Assembly: GCA_964016885.1 (NCBI GenBank)
Contig: OZ024753.1
Span: 124,001 to 188,000, forward strand
From: Eledone cirrhosa
Lineage: Eukaryota
Reading direction: 5' to 3'
Length of the DNA: 64,000 bases
Shown: in pieces, positions 12,016-25,891 of the stretch
Position numbering within the stretch: the first letter of the stretch is position 1
How the letters are laid out: every line of letters starts with the position of its first letter
The notes under the pieces: generated by a model
Databases searched by the model: none
What the model was told of the DNA's origin: nothing
The model's input: the letters and a program-made list of their open reading frames with translations, nothing else
Made by a program: the position numbers and the translations under genes

Positions 12016-12455
12016 GTACACTGATATATATGTGTGTGTATATATATATATATATGTATGTGTATATGTGTACATATGTATGTGTATATATATACTAATA
12101 TATATATATATATATCAACTTCATCATACGTCCGCTTTTCCATGCTTGCAAGGGTGGGGTGGGAGCTGATTCTGGATTGGTTTCTACAGCTGGGTGCCCT
12201 TCCTGACGCCAACCCAGTTTGCAGTGAGTGCTGGGTGCTTTTCTTTTTTACGTGGCACCTCCACGTCAGCTTTACAGAGCGGGCTGGGTGCTTTTTTGCC
12301 GTGGCGCCTCCACGACCACTTTACGGTGGGGTGGTGGGGTGGTATGTGTATACCCAGCCCATTGTCATTTCCCACCCAGAAAAGTTCATAGCACCGTTCT
12401 TTACCCACGATGAATCTAGCAGACCCACCCCTCCACCTGGTCTCTTGAATACAAC
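7664..12455. repeat. 5.9-kb subunit type B, 3'-truncated (also 23351-28142; partial 39012-40670)
   Basis: Colinear with type A with diagnostic SNPs and indels until GAATACAACA at ~12455, where the inverted-repeat block begins. Confidence 0.92.
8238..10204 (+). mobile_element. CRE-clade retrotransposon relic, type B copy 1
   Basis: Same motifs; 358-aa open stretch 8712-9788; retains the knuckle end GLHPLSCRH...RHAALNEII. Confidence 0.9.
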
Positions 12456-13579
12456 AGTGGTTTCACTAAAATAAAAATTAAATTAAATTAAATTAAATTA
12501 ATTATATTAGATAAATAGACATTGGGGTTCTCACCAAAGATTTTCAGTTATTTCTAAGAGATGTAAAAGGAAAATTAAAAAAAGATTAATAGGACACATT
12601 AGACATGTCTCCAAGCAAGAATTGAACTTACAGACAAGGATCTCACCATCTCTGGTACTTCCCACTAAGCCACCAAGACTGCTACAAAGGTCTATTGAAA
12701 ATTAATATTTATAAACCTACTTTCAAAATATAACTAATTTAATTAAAAATAAAATAAAATAAATAGACATTGGCGTTCTCACAAAACTTTTTCAGTTCTT
12801 TTTTCTAAGAAATGTCAAAGGAATATATATATATATATATATATATTTTATTTTTAATTTTATTTTGAAAGTAGGTTTATAAATATTAAATTTCAGTACA
12901 TCTTTGTATCAGTCTCGGTAGCTTAGTGGGAAGTACCAGAGATGGTGAGATCCTGTTCTGGGTGTTCAATCCTGGTCTGAGGGTTGAATTGGGGACTCAG
13001 GTTCAATCCTGGTCCATGAGATACATGTAAGGTGTCATGTTAATCTTTTATAATTTTCTTTCTATATCTCTTTGAAAAAGAGAACCCCTATTTATTTAAT
13101 TATATTGAATTTAATTTTTTATTTTAGTTAAATTGTCGAAAACACTGAAGATCTAAAGGTTGAGGAGACAATATGTCTATTTTATCTGTCTCCTCTAACT
13201 TTAGATCACCAGTGGTTTTGACAATTTAACTAAAGTAAAATAAAATAAATTAAATTATATTAGATAAATAGACATTGGGGTTCTCACCAAAGATTTTCAG
13301 TTTTTTCTGATGAAAATTTAAAAAAAGATTAACAGGACACATTACAGCAATGATTGAACTCCCAGACCAGGATTGAACCTACAGACAAGGACCTCACCAT
13401 CTCTGGTACTTCCCACTAAGCCGCCAAGACTGCTACAAAGGTCTGCTGATAATTAATATTTATAAACCTAATTTCAAAATAAAATTAATGTTATTAATTT
13501 TATTTAAAAATAAAATAAAATAAATAAACATTGGGGTTCTCACAAAACTTTTTCATTTTTTTTCTAAGAAATGTCAAAG

Positions 13580-13605
<26 letters not shown>
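12456..13605. repeat. Three copies of a ~330-400-bp module in -/+/- orientation (double foldback); also ~28143-29280
   Basis: TCTCACCATCTCTGGTACTTCCCACTAAG at ~12640 and ~13392, with its reverse complement at ~12920; palindrome centre at ~13170-13186. Confidence 0.85.
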
Positions 13606-13613
<8 letters not shown>

Positions 13614-13617
<4 letters not shown>

Positions 13618-15543
13618 TCATCATCATCATCATCATCGTTTAACGTCCATATTCCACGCTTGCATGGGTTTGGACGGGAATTTTCCCACTTGAGGCAAGA
13701 GTGGTTGTCTTGCTCGCATAGGACTGTCTGGCGGGTTTTCTACAGCTGGATGCCCTTCCTAACACCAACCGCATTTACAGTGTGGGACTGAGAGGTTTTT
13801 ACCGTGTTACCTACACGGCCACATTACTGCGTGGACTGTGTTTTTTTTTTTTGTCGTGACACCTACACGACCTCATTTGTTTCGGCCTGGATGTTGTGGC
13901 ACCAACATAACTTTACATTGAAAGGGGCGGTGTGGATGGGGTGGGGGTGTATTTTGTTAGAGGTGCCTACTGACTGTAGTAGGTTTTACTTTGTATCTAG
14001 GTAAGGCGGGTCTTCTCTATTACTGAGTACCGCCAAAGATCTCGGTCCAGTGACATTGTCTTGGAGAGGTGTAAGTGTGTGAGGTCGGAATTTATCAAGT
14101 CGTCCCAGGTTTTTCTGGGTCTGCCTACTCCGTGGCTACCGTCTATCTTTATTGCCCTGCATTTTTTTTATACAGCTGTCGTCTTTCATCCGCATCACGT
14201 GGACCATACCAACGTAGTCTTCTCTCGAGTACACAACATCTGATCCCTCTTATTTCTAATTTTTCCCTTAGTTCGTTTATGCTTTGCCGTTCACATATAT
14301 TACTATTACACATCCAGCGAAGCATGCAAGCTTCGTTCCTCTCTAGTCTGCGTATATCCTCTGCACACAATGCCCAGGTCTCACTGCCATGCAACATTGC
14401 TGTTCATATGCAGGCATCATACAACCTGCCTTTCATTTTTAGGGAGAACCCTTTAGCGGCTAATAGTGGTATAAGCTCTCTGAACTTTTTCCATCCAGTT
14501 CTGACTCTAGCTACTGTACTTTCAGAGCACCCTCCCCCACTGCTGATTTTGTCACCCAGGTAACGGAAGCTGTCCACTATTTCTATAGAACCCTCTGCGC
14601 AATTGAAAGAGCTAGTATTTTGTGGGCACTTGCTGCTACTTATTGCACCAGAGCACCGGCCACATGTAAAATCTATGTTCTTAGTTAGCTTACCTGTGAT
14701 CCCACTACATCTTTTATGAACCCATACTTTGCATTTGGGACATAAAATGGAGTTTCTACCTACGCCTTTCCTACACACTGAGCATGGCCATTTCCCGGAA
14801 GGGACCGGCGCCTTATTTTCTTTCCTACAAACTAGAACTTTAGTCTTAGCCAGGTTAATTTTAAGGCCTTCTGATTCTAGGCCTTGCTTCCATGTTTGGA
14901 ATTTCTTCTCTAGCTCGGCCATTGATTCAGCTATGAGCGTTAGATCATCTGCGTATAGGAGTTCCCATGGGCAGCCGGTCTTGAACTCCACTGTTATAGC
15001 CTGAAGGGCAATAATAAATAGTAGGGGGCTAAGGACGGAGCCCTGATGAACACCAACTTTTACGCTAAACTCTTCACTATATTCGTTGTTAATTCTAACC
15101 TTGCTGACTGTTTCTTTATACATGGCTCGTATAGCTCTCACAAGCCATTCCTCAACACCTAGTTTTCTAAGAGCCCACCAGATAATGGAACGGGGGACTC
15201 TGTCGAAGGCTTTCTCCAAGTCAACAAAAGCTAAGTATAGGGGTTTACTTTTAACTAGGTACTTCTCCTGTAGTTGTCGTACAATGAAAAGAGCGTCTGT
15301 GGTACTTTTACCTGACACAAACCCGAACTGCATTTCATCTAGATCAATTCTCTCTCTGATTAGTTGCGCTATTACTTTTTCCGTGACCTTCATGACCTGG
15401 TCGATTAATTTAATGCCTCTATAGTTACTCCTATCTAGGGCATCTCCTTTACCCTTGTAACAGTTAATGATGATGCTGCTACGCCAGTCCTTCAGAACAA
15501 CCCCATTCTGTATGACTTGGTTTACTATCCGGGTGACCATTAC
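13614..15543 (-). mobile_element. 5'-truncated RTE-clade LINE (RT with embedded PHD finger, 3' UTR, (GAT)n tail)
   Basis: ORF 14404-15660 contains YKGKGD..NYRGIKL, QFGF, FVDLEKAFD, GVHQGSVLSPLLF, LYADDL, FRYLG; it continues after a stop as MLHGSETW...RRLRWYG; (CAT)n tail at 13614-13636 on the plus strand. Confidence 0.93.
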
Positions 15544-18016
15544 GTGTATACATCTGAAAATGTATATATGTATGCAAAGATATAAGTAAACATACATGTA
15601 TACATATAGATGGACAGTTATGCATATACAATAACTTATTTCTATACATACATATACCACAAGTAAGGCATGGTGCTGCCAACTAACCAGACCTCCCTCA
15701 TAATGGACCAGCTAGATCCCAAAATACAGGCCTGCTTGCCAACACACAGTCCCAATAAGTGTAAGTTACAGCGCAGCTATCTGGACAGACTTGTCTTAAG
15801 ACTACACACTATCCCACTACATCTTTTGTATACTATATATATACTGTTTATATATATATATATACTATATATATATATACTGTTTATATATATATATACT
15901 ATATATATATATACTGTTTATATATATATACACACATATAATTGTGTATTCACACATTATCTTAGTAATGAAATAATTAATAATTTTAGTAAATTGTTCA
16001 AAATTCTTCATTAACCCTTTTGGTAGAAACCCAGCCAAAATTAGTTCTCGTACTATGGAAATGGTTCCTATCTAAATTAAAGTCTTCCAACAAAATTCTA
16101 TATAACAACCATATGGTAAGTTACTATGTTAGTAATTAACTAACAATTGTGATAAATAGCTCAAAATTATTCATAATTAATTGAATTATAAGGTTCATAA
16201 TTATAATAAAATCTTCAAATAGGCTACGAAACCGGTAAACCTGAAAGGTACACAACACACACACATTGCTATAGCGTTTCACCAGCCCCTTCCTTCCTGA
16301 ATTATTACAGAGATGTGTGTGTATGTAATAATTATTTGTATAATGTGTGTCTATTTATGAATATGTATGAGTAGATGTGTGTGTGTGTATCACAGTAGAT
16401 GTGTATGTAACACAGTAGATGTGTATATGTAACAGAGTAGATGTGTGTTTGCATGTAACTCAGTATATGTGTATGTAACTCAGTAGATGTGTGTGTGTAA
16501 CACGGTAGATGTGTGTGTGTAACACGGTAGATGTGTGTGTGTAACACGGTAGATGTGTGTGTGTAGCACGGTAGATGTGTGTATGTAACAGTAGATGTGT
16601 ATGTATGTAACACAGTAGATGTGTATGTATGTAACACAGTAGATGTGTGTATGTAACACAGTACATGTGTGTGTATGTAACTCAGTAGATGTGTGTATGT
16701 AACACAGTAGATTGTGTGTATGTAACATAGAAGATGTGTGTAACACAGTAGATGTGTGTGTATGTAACACAGTAGATCTGTGTATGTAACTCAGTAGATG
16801 TGTGTGTATGTAACACAGGTGTGTGTATGTAACACAGTAGATGTGTGTATGTAACATAGTAGATGTGTGTATGTAACACAGAAGATGTGTGTGTATGTAA
16901 CACAGTAGATGTGTGTGTATGTAACTCAGTAGATGTGTGTGTATGTAACACAGTAGATGTGTGTGTAACACAGTAGATGTGTATGTAACGCAGTAGATGT
17001 GTGTGTATATAACCCAGTTGATGTGTGTGTATGTAACACAGTAGATGTGTGTATGTAACATAGCATATGTGTATGTAACTAAAGTGTAACGTACGTTACA
17101 AATGGACGACAAAATGATTTTAACTTGTTTTTTAACAATTGATGGTGGAAAAGATTTTAAATTGTCTTAACTCAGACCATAAAGGGCCGCAACACATGGA
17201 GTCTGACACTCTTACCGGCTACATAGCCTGGGCGTCTATTTTACCGCGACCGGCTACATAGCATCTTCCTAAAATCTTCCAACATAATTTTATACAAGAA
17301 CCACATGTTAAGTTACTAATAAAATAATTAATAAATAAAAACATTAGTAAGTCCTTCAAATGATATCTCAGTAATGAAATAATTAATAATTGTTATAAAT
17401 ACCTCAAAATTCCTCATTAATTAAACCTCATTAATTAATTAAGCCGCTGAAAAGTGCAACAGATGCCCTCTTCTTAGTGAGACAACTACAAAAGAGGTTC
17501 TTAGAGAAAAATAAGCCACTATACTTAGCTTTGGACATAGAGAAGGCTTTTGATAGAGAACTCTTATAAATGACAACATATATATATGTGTGTGTATATA
17601 TATGTTTTTTTTTAAACTATATATTTATTACTCCCTTAAGCAGAAGAAATATATTCCCAGATATCGAAGATTACCACAATAACTAGGGAGCGGAAATCAA
17701 TAGATGCTGGACATTGCTGCTGAGAGTAGGATGACCTGATGAGCTGGCTCCTGTGGTGGATACCTAAACATAGTAAGAGCCAAGTGGGATGACTGAGGTT
17801 CACCTACATACATCAGATGTCTCCGGATCTCCAGCTGGAGATTAATGATCTCAGGAATGCCATGAAAAATCGTGACATCTAAAAAAGAAGAGTAGAATTG
17901 TTCTGGCCAATCCACCTGACCTAATAAACAATAATAATATTAATATATATTGATGAAAATTAATTATGGTGAAATATCTTAGAAATCATTCTCAGAGGTT
18001 TTGTATTGTAATCCAC

Positions 18017-19987
18017 ACTTGCTCCTTGTGGCTTCTGATGCAGACATCATGTCCGCCATCAGGTCCTTCCCAGCTAGCAGCTGCGGAGATGTTGATGGTC
18101 TCTGACCAGGCCTCCTCAAGGAGTTGATATCTCCCCTCTCCGCTGAGGCCGGGCGCCGCCTTCTGAGTGCAATTGTGGCGCTCACCAATAGGCTCATCCA
18201 TGGCGCCCTGGACTCTTATGCTCGAGGCCTCTTTTTTTCGGCCAGCCTCACCGCTCTCAGGAAGAAAGAGGATGGCATACGCCCCATTGCTGTGGGCAAT
18301 GTCTTCCGGAGGCTGGCTGCCAAGGTAATCTGCAAGTCCGTAACACTCGGAACCGGCATCCAGAGCCTCCAGCCACCTCATTGTCAAGTTTGACATGAGG
18401 AATGCCTTCAACTCTTTACGCTGGGATCATCTGCTCGAGGCCTGCCTCAGCCGAGCCCCCTCTGCCTACCTGTCATATGGAGCCCCAAGCATGCGCCATG
18501 CTGCTGATACGGTCATACCCTTGGCTACTGGGATCCAACAGGGCAACCCTTTGGGACCCCTCCTGTTCACCCTTGGTATTGACCACATCGCCTGGAGTAT
18601 AACGGCCCCTCTCAACGTTTGGTATCTGGATGATGCTACTTTGGGTGGGCCCGTACAGGCGGTCTGCCATGACCTTCAATCGGTGGTTCCTGCCCTGGCG
18701 GGAATCGACCTCCAGGTCAACTCAGCCAAGTCGGAGGTGGTGAATGTCAGCCTCGATGCTGCAAGCTTTGCAGTCTCCGTCTTGGACGTGCGGTCCATTC
18801 TCCGCCAGGTTCAGGTGACCCCCCAAAGAGGATGCCCTCACCGATCCACCCGCCGGCCATCCGCTCCTCCATCAAGTCCAGACTCTCACGAGCCGACTGG
18901 GCTTGATTGATGGCCACCCAGTTCTCTTTCTGCTGAGGAACTGCTACGCCATGCCGAAGCTCCTCTATACACTCTGTGCTACACCTAAACTTGTATCCGA
19001 GCAGCAGCCGATGAGATATGCAACTTTACCTGTCAGGTATGGCGGCCTTCGCCTCCAGTCCCCGATCTCACTAGCTTTGCCGGCATATCTTTCGTCGGTA
19101 ACCTCGTACCACGTCCTCTTCAGCAGGGTTCTTCAAAACACAACAGAACCCTCTGTGTTCAGAGAACGCGTGGCCGCCTGTGAGACGTGGGACCGGCTGG
19201 GACTTAGCCCAGTAGACGTTCCTCCTCCTTCTCCCCCTGTTGACGTCAAGTCCCCCCCAACACACTTGGGATGCCATCCAGTGCAGCCTGGCCTCAGACA
19301 GGCTCACGTGCCAGCTCGACCAGCACCGCCTTGTTTGTTTTCGTGCAGCCTCCAAACCCCACAGTGGGGCCTGGCTCCATGCCCTGCCCTCCTTCTCCAC
19401 TCGCACGCAGCTAGACAACAATAGCTTGCGCATCGGCGTTTCCCTGAGGCTCGGCCTCACACCAATGTCGCTGCCGTTCCACCATGGACTCTTTCGGCCT
19501 CCACCCGCAATCCACGCCATGCTGCCCTCAACGAAGTCATTAAGCATGGCTTGGACGCTGCAGGCTTCCCTTCCCAGCTCGAGGGGACGGCAAAAGGCTA
19601 GATGGCATGACCATCTTCCCGTTCCGCGGTGGCAAACCCCTCGTCTGGGATGCCACTTGCACCGACACTTTCTGCAGCCGCAACCTGGTGCAGTCTGCGA
19701 CTGGCCCAGGTTCTGCTGCACGTCAGGCTGAGGGGGCCAAACTCCTCACATATCGTTCACTCTCCGACAGGTTTGCGGTCGTACCCCTGGAAGTGGAGAC
19801 TTCTGGTGTCCTCGGCCCCAGGGCTACCTCCTTACTCACCACCATAGGCGCTGAGCTGGCCAGCCGCAGGTGTGAGCCCCGCGAGTTGGAGTGGCTTTTC
19901 CAGCGCGTCTCCCTTGCCGTGCTCCGGGGAAACGCCTTCTCCATTCTGTCCGCCGGGGCTGTGGGTGGGTCCCATCGCGTACCGTTA
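18017..19987 (+). mobile_element. CRE-clade retrotransposon relic, type A copy 2
   Basis: Near-identical to 2335-4305. Confidence 0.9.
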
Positions 19988-21839
19988 TGAATGTATACAA
20001 AACAACTAAATCTCTTAAATAACTTCACTTATATCCAAAACATGATTTGTATATACATCAACAGTGACTCATTATTATACGCCAGTCACGACCCCACTGC
20101 AAAAACGATATCTATATAACAACCCCACCGTAAAACTACTCTTCCCCACTTTACAAACACTTTATATTATTTGTCATTAAGGTTTCTTAAAATAAATATA
20201 TATACGTATGTGTAGTAATTAGTACGGAGACTGAGAGAGAAGGGGCGAGTGTGTCTTCATGGAGGGCACATGGGACCAGCAAAGCCCTAAAAGTAGAGAC
20301 CAGTAAATGAGATAAGGTCCTAGCTATGTTAAGAATATAAATAAGAAACATGTTCTATACATTTAAGAAGACAAGAGAAACATGTTCTAAACATTTAAGA
20401 AATAATTATTTACCTCTTTCATGTCGGTAATATAGCGGTGTTATAAAACTAATTATAACGACCGGTGTTAAAATAGAGAGAGATAGACAGATAAATGTGT
20501 GTCACACTCTCACCCTCTCTTTAAATCTTTTACACTATCTAACTCGTACTTCTCACACTCTCTTTAAATCTTTTACTCTATCTACCTCTCATTTCTATCT
20601 GTGTATGTATGTATGTATCTGTCTATGTGTAACTCGGTGTACTGGAGCAATATGAGGTGAAGTGTCTTGCTGAAGAAGACATTTTGTGGAGTTATATCAT
20701 CGTTTCTTGTTATAAAGCTACTTATACTACCGGCGTAACAGTGGCTATAGGTGATAGATGTAGAAATAAAAGGCTGTAACAGCGATATAAATATAGATGA
20801 AATAGTTTACCACGAGACTAAGAATGAATGTTTAATGGAATTAAGTGTAATCTAATAGGAAATAAGAGGCTAGAGCAGCGAAATGTTTACGTAAAATAAA
20901 AGAACAACAAACAAGAGTGCAACATTGAAATTTTTTTTTTTTTTTTGTCGATATAAGCGTTATTTTATGCGCGATTTGCCTTGCTGCCGGCGCTGCTCAG
21001 TCAGTAGCAGCCCCGCTTACGAAGTTCAGGAGCCAACGACTTTACATGGTTCGAATCTCACCCTCTCCGCTCTTGTCGAGTTATCTCCTACTCTTTTTAC
21101 TTAGTTCCAGGTCATTAAAATAGAGCAAAGAGGGCGCGGCGATCGGCATATGCACTGGCTACAATGTTGAACTTTGGTACTGACTGCGTAGTTGAACGTT
21201 CCATATACCAACCGCCCAACTGGCCAGTCAACCGCATATGCGGCTGGCTGGCCGGTTGGGTAGTTGGCATATGTACTGGCTACCATGCTGAACATTGTAC
21301 TGACTGTCAAGTTGAACGTTCTAACCCTCTCTTTACATCTATTACTCTATCTACCGCTTAGTTCTCCCCCTCTCTTTACTTCTATAACTCTATCTCCCAC
21401 TCTCTTTACATCTATTACAGTGTCTCCCTGTATATATACACGTATATATGCACTAGATTTTATAAGAAATCTACGTAATAATATAATTAACAATAGTTGA
21501 TGAATTAGACCAGAGTTAATTAAACAATAAATATGAATGAAATAGCAGTAGATGGCGAAACTTGAGTGTTGTGTGTGCATACATATATATGAGGTAAACT
21601 GGTTCAAATACTGTCAGGATTATATTGGATCAAAGACTGTATTAAATAGAAAGTAAAAAATGAAGTGAAAATATAAAAACAAACTGAAAATTTCCCCATC
21701 CCTAGAAAAATTCATATCTTGTTATATATAGATAATTGGCGCTTTAAATTGAATAAATATTCATTTATATATATATATATATGTATATATATATGTACAC
21801 TGATATATATGTGTGTATATATATATGTGTATATATATA

Positions 21840-21884
<45 letters not shown>

Positions 21885-23924
21885 ACTTCATCATACGTCC
21901 GCTTTTCCATGCTTGCAAGGGTGGGGTGGGAGCTGATTCTGGATTGGTTTCTACAGCTGGGTGCCCTTCCTGACGCCAACCCCGTTTGCAGTGAGTGCTG
22001 GGTGCTTTTTTTTTTCCGTGGCACCTCCACGTCAGCTTTACAGTGTGGGCTGGGTGCTTTTTGGCCGCGGCGCCTCCACGACCACTTTGCGGTGGGGAGG
22101 TGGGGTGGTATGTGTATACCCAGCCCATTGTCATTTGCCACACAGAAAAGCGTATAGCATCGTTCTTTACCCACGATGAATCTAGCAGACCCACCCCTCC
22201 ACCTGGTCTCTTGAATACAACAAACATCGACCTCCTTACGTTCAAGCATTTCTACAACCTCGTTAGAGCCACCCTATAAGGTGCCTACATTAATGGTACC
22301 AACTCTGAAGTTTTGGATTGCGTTTGGAGGTTGGGAGCAGTGGGGAGCGGGGATGGGGTTAGGGTTAGCCATCCGCGGCCGAAACAAAGAGGAGGAGCCC
22401 TTGCATTCTCGTCCATGAGGTGGATTTGTCTTTATGTATGTATATGTATATATGTATGTATGTGTGTGTATGTATGTATATGTATATATGAGTGTATATG
22501 TGTATATGTATGTATATGTATGTGTATGTGTATATATGTGTATATGTATGTGTTTGTATATATGTGTGTGTATGTATATATGTGTGTGTATGTATATATA
22601 TATATATATGTATGTGTATATGTATGTATATGTATGTATGTGTATATGTATATATGTATGTATATGTGTGTATGTATGTATATATGTATGTATGTGTATA
22701 TATGTATGTATGTATATGTATATATACGTGTGTATATGTAAATATACTTATGTGTATATGCTTATGTATGTGTATGTGTGTATATTTATATTATGTATAT
22801 ATATATATCTATGTATGTGTATGTATATATATGTATGTATATGTGTATGTATGTGTATGTATGTATGTGTATATATGTATGTATGTATATATATATGTAT
22901 GTATATGTATGTGTATGTATATGTATATGTATATGGAGGCACATGGCTTAGTGGTTCGAGCATTGGCCTGGCAATCGAAAGGTTGTGAGTTCAATTCTCA
23001 GACCGGGTGATGTGTTGTTTCCTTGAGCAAGACACTTTATTTCACATTGCTCCAGTTTACTCAGCTGTAGAAATGAGATGATAGGGACTGGGGTCCATAT
23101 CATTCCACTGCAAAGTGGTCGTGGAGGTGCCACGGCAAAAAAGCACTCAGCACTCACTGTAAATGAGGTTGGTGTTAGGAAGGGCATCCAGCTGTAGAAA
23201 TCAAGCCAGAATCAGTTCCCGTCCCACCCTTGCAAGCAGGGAAAAAGCGGACTTAAAACGAAATGATGATGATGATGATGATGATGATGTATGTATGTAT
23301 GTGTATATGTATGTATGTATGTATATGTATGAGATGCAGTTTGGTTTTGTGCCGCTGAAAAGTGCAACAGGTGCCCTCTTCTTAGTGAGACAACTACAAA
23401 AGAGGTTCTTAGAGAAAAATAAGCCACTATACTTAGCTTTGGACATAGAGAAGGCTTTTGATAGAGAACTCTTATAAATGACAACATATATATATGTGTG
23501 TGTATATATATGTTTTTTTTAAAACTATATATTTATTACTCCCTTAAGCAGAAGAAATATATTCCCAGATATCGAAGATTACCACAATAACTAGGGAGCG
23601 GAAATCAATAGATGCTGGACATTGCTGCTGAGGGTAGGATGACCTGATGAGCTGGCTCCTGTGGTGGATACCTAAACATAGTAAGACCCAAGTGGGATGA
23701 CTGAGGTTCACCTACATACATCAGATGTCTCTGGATCTCCAGCTGGAGATTAATGATCTCAGGAATGCCATGAAAAATCGTGACATCTAAAAAAGAAGAG
23801 TAGAATTGTTCTGGCCAATCCACCTGACCTAATAAACAATAATAATATTAATATATATTGATGAAAATTAATTATGGTGAAATATCTTAGAAATCATTCT
23901 CAGAGGTTTTGTATTGTAATCCAC

Positions 23925-25891
23925 ACTTGCTCCTTGTGGCTTCTGATGCAGACATCATGTCCGCCATCAGGTCCTTCCCAGCTAGCAGCTGCGGTGATGT
24001 TGATGGTCTCTGACCAGGCCTCCTCAAGGAGTTGACATCTCCCCTCTCCGCTGAGGCCGGGCGCCGCCTTCTGAGTGCAATTGTGGCGCTCACCAATAGG
24101 CTCATCCATGGCGCCCTGGACTCTTATGCTCGAGGCCTCTTTTTTTCAGCCAGCTTCACCGCTCTCAGGAAGAAAGAGGGTGGCATACGCCCCATTGCTG
24201 TGGGCAATGTCTTCCGGAGGCTGGCTGCCAAGGTAACCTGCAAGTCCGTAACACTCGGAACCGGCATCCAGGGACTCCAGCCACCTCATTGTCAAGTTTG
24301 ACATGAGGAATGCCTTCAACTCTTTACGCTGGGATCATCTGCTCGAGGCCTGCCTCAGCCGAGCCCCCTCTGCCTAGCTGTCATATGGAGCCCCGAGCAT
24401 GCGACATGCTGCTGATACGGTCATACCCTTGGCTACTGGGATCCAACAGGGCAACCCTTTGGGACCCCTCCTGTTCACCCTTGGTATTGACCACATCGCC
24501 CGGAGTATAACGGCCCCTCTCAACGTTTGGTATCTGGATGATGCTACTTTGGGTGGGCCCGTACAGGCGGTCTGCCATGACCTTCAATCGGTGGTTCCTG
24601 CCCTGGCGGGAATCGACCTCCAGGTCAACTCAGCCAAGTCGGAGGTGGTGAATGTCAGCCTCGATGCTGCAAGCTTTGCAATATCCGTCTTGGACGTGCG
24701 GTCCATTCTCCGCCAGGTTCAGGTGACCCCCAAAGAGGATGCCCTCACCGATCCACCCGCCGGCCATCCGCTCCACCATCAAGTTCAGACTCTCACGAGC
24801 CGACTGGGCTTGATTGATGGCCACCCAGTTCTCTTTCTGCTGAGGAACTGCTACGCCATGCCGAAGCTCCTCTATACACTCTGTGCTACACCCAGACTTG
24901 TATCCGAGCAGCAGCCGATGAGATATGCAACTTTACCTATCAGGTATGGCGACCTTCGCCTCCAGTCCCCGATCTCACTAGCTTTGCCGGCGTATCTTTC
25001 GTCGGTAACCTCGTACCACGTCCACCTCAGCAGGGTTCTTCAAAACACAACAGAACCCTCTGTGTTCAGAGAACGCGTGGCCGCCTGTGAGACGTGGCAC
25101 CGGCTGGGACTTAGCCCAGTAGACGTTCCTCCTCCTTCTCCCCCTGTTGACGTCAAGTCCCCCCAACACACTTGGGATGCCATCCAGTGCAGCCTGGCCT
25201 CAGACAGGCTCACGTGCCAGCTCGACCAGCACCGCCTTGTTTGTTTTCGTGCGGCCTCCAAACCCCACAGTGGGGCCTGGCTCCATGCCCTGCCCTCCTT
25301 CTCCACTCGCACGCAGCTAGACAACCATAGCTTGCGCATCGGCGTTTCCCTGAGGCTCGGCCTCACACCAATGTCACTGCCGTTCCACCATGGACTCTTT
25401 CGGCCTCCACCCGCTTTCCTGTCGCCACAGTGCCAGCCGCAATCCACGCCATGCTGCCCTCAACGAAATCATTAAGCATGGCTTGGACGCTGCAGGCTTC
25501 CCTTCCCAGCTCCAGGGGACGGCAAAAGGACGATGGCAAACCCCTCGTCTGGGATGCCACTTGCACCGACACTTTCTGCAGCCGCAACCTGGTGCAGTCT
25601 GCGACTGGCCCAGGTTCTGCTGCACGTCAGGCTGAGAGGGCCAAACTCCTCACATATCGTTCACTCTCCGACAGGTTTTCGGTCGTACCCCTGGAAGTGG
25701 AGACTTCTGGTGTCCTCGACCCCAGGGCTACCTCCTTACTCACCACCATAGGCGCTGAGCTGGCCAGTCGCAGGTGTGAGCCCCGCGAGTTGGAGTGGCT
25801 TTTCCAGCGCGTCTCCCTTGCCGTGCTCCGGGGAAACGCCTTCTCCATTCTGTCCGCCGGGGCTGTGGGTGGGCCCCATCGCGTACCGTTA
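23925..25891 (+). mobile_element. CRE-clade retrotransposon relic, type B copy 2
   Basis: ORF translations identical to 8238-10204. Confidence 0.9.

Larger units (their letters stand above)
1..15678. repeat. ~15.7-kb tandem macro-unit, copy 1 (window opens inside the array)
   Basis: CCAACTAACCAGACC at 1 recurs at 15679 and 31355; the ORF track repeats with offsets of about 15.66-15.70 kb (e.g. 14404/30080, 2015/17697/33399). Confidence 0.97.

Noticed and set aside
12912-12985. Functional tRNA gene
   Set aside because: No 7-nt anticodon loop, and the three local copies diverge in the stems.
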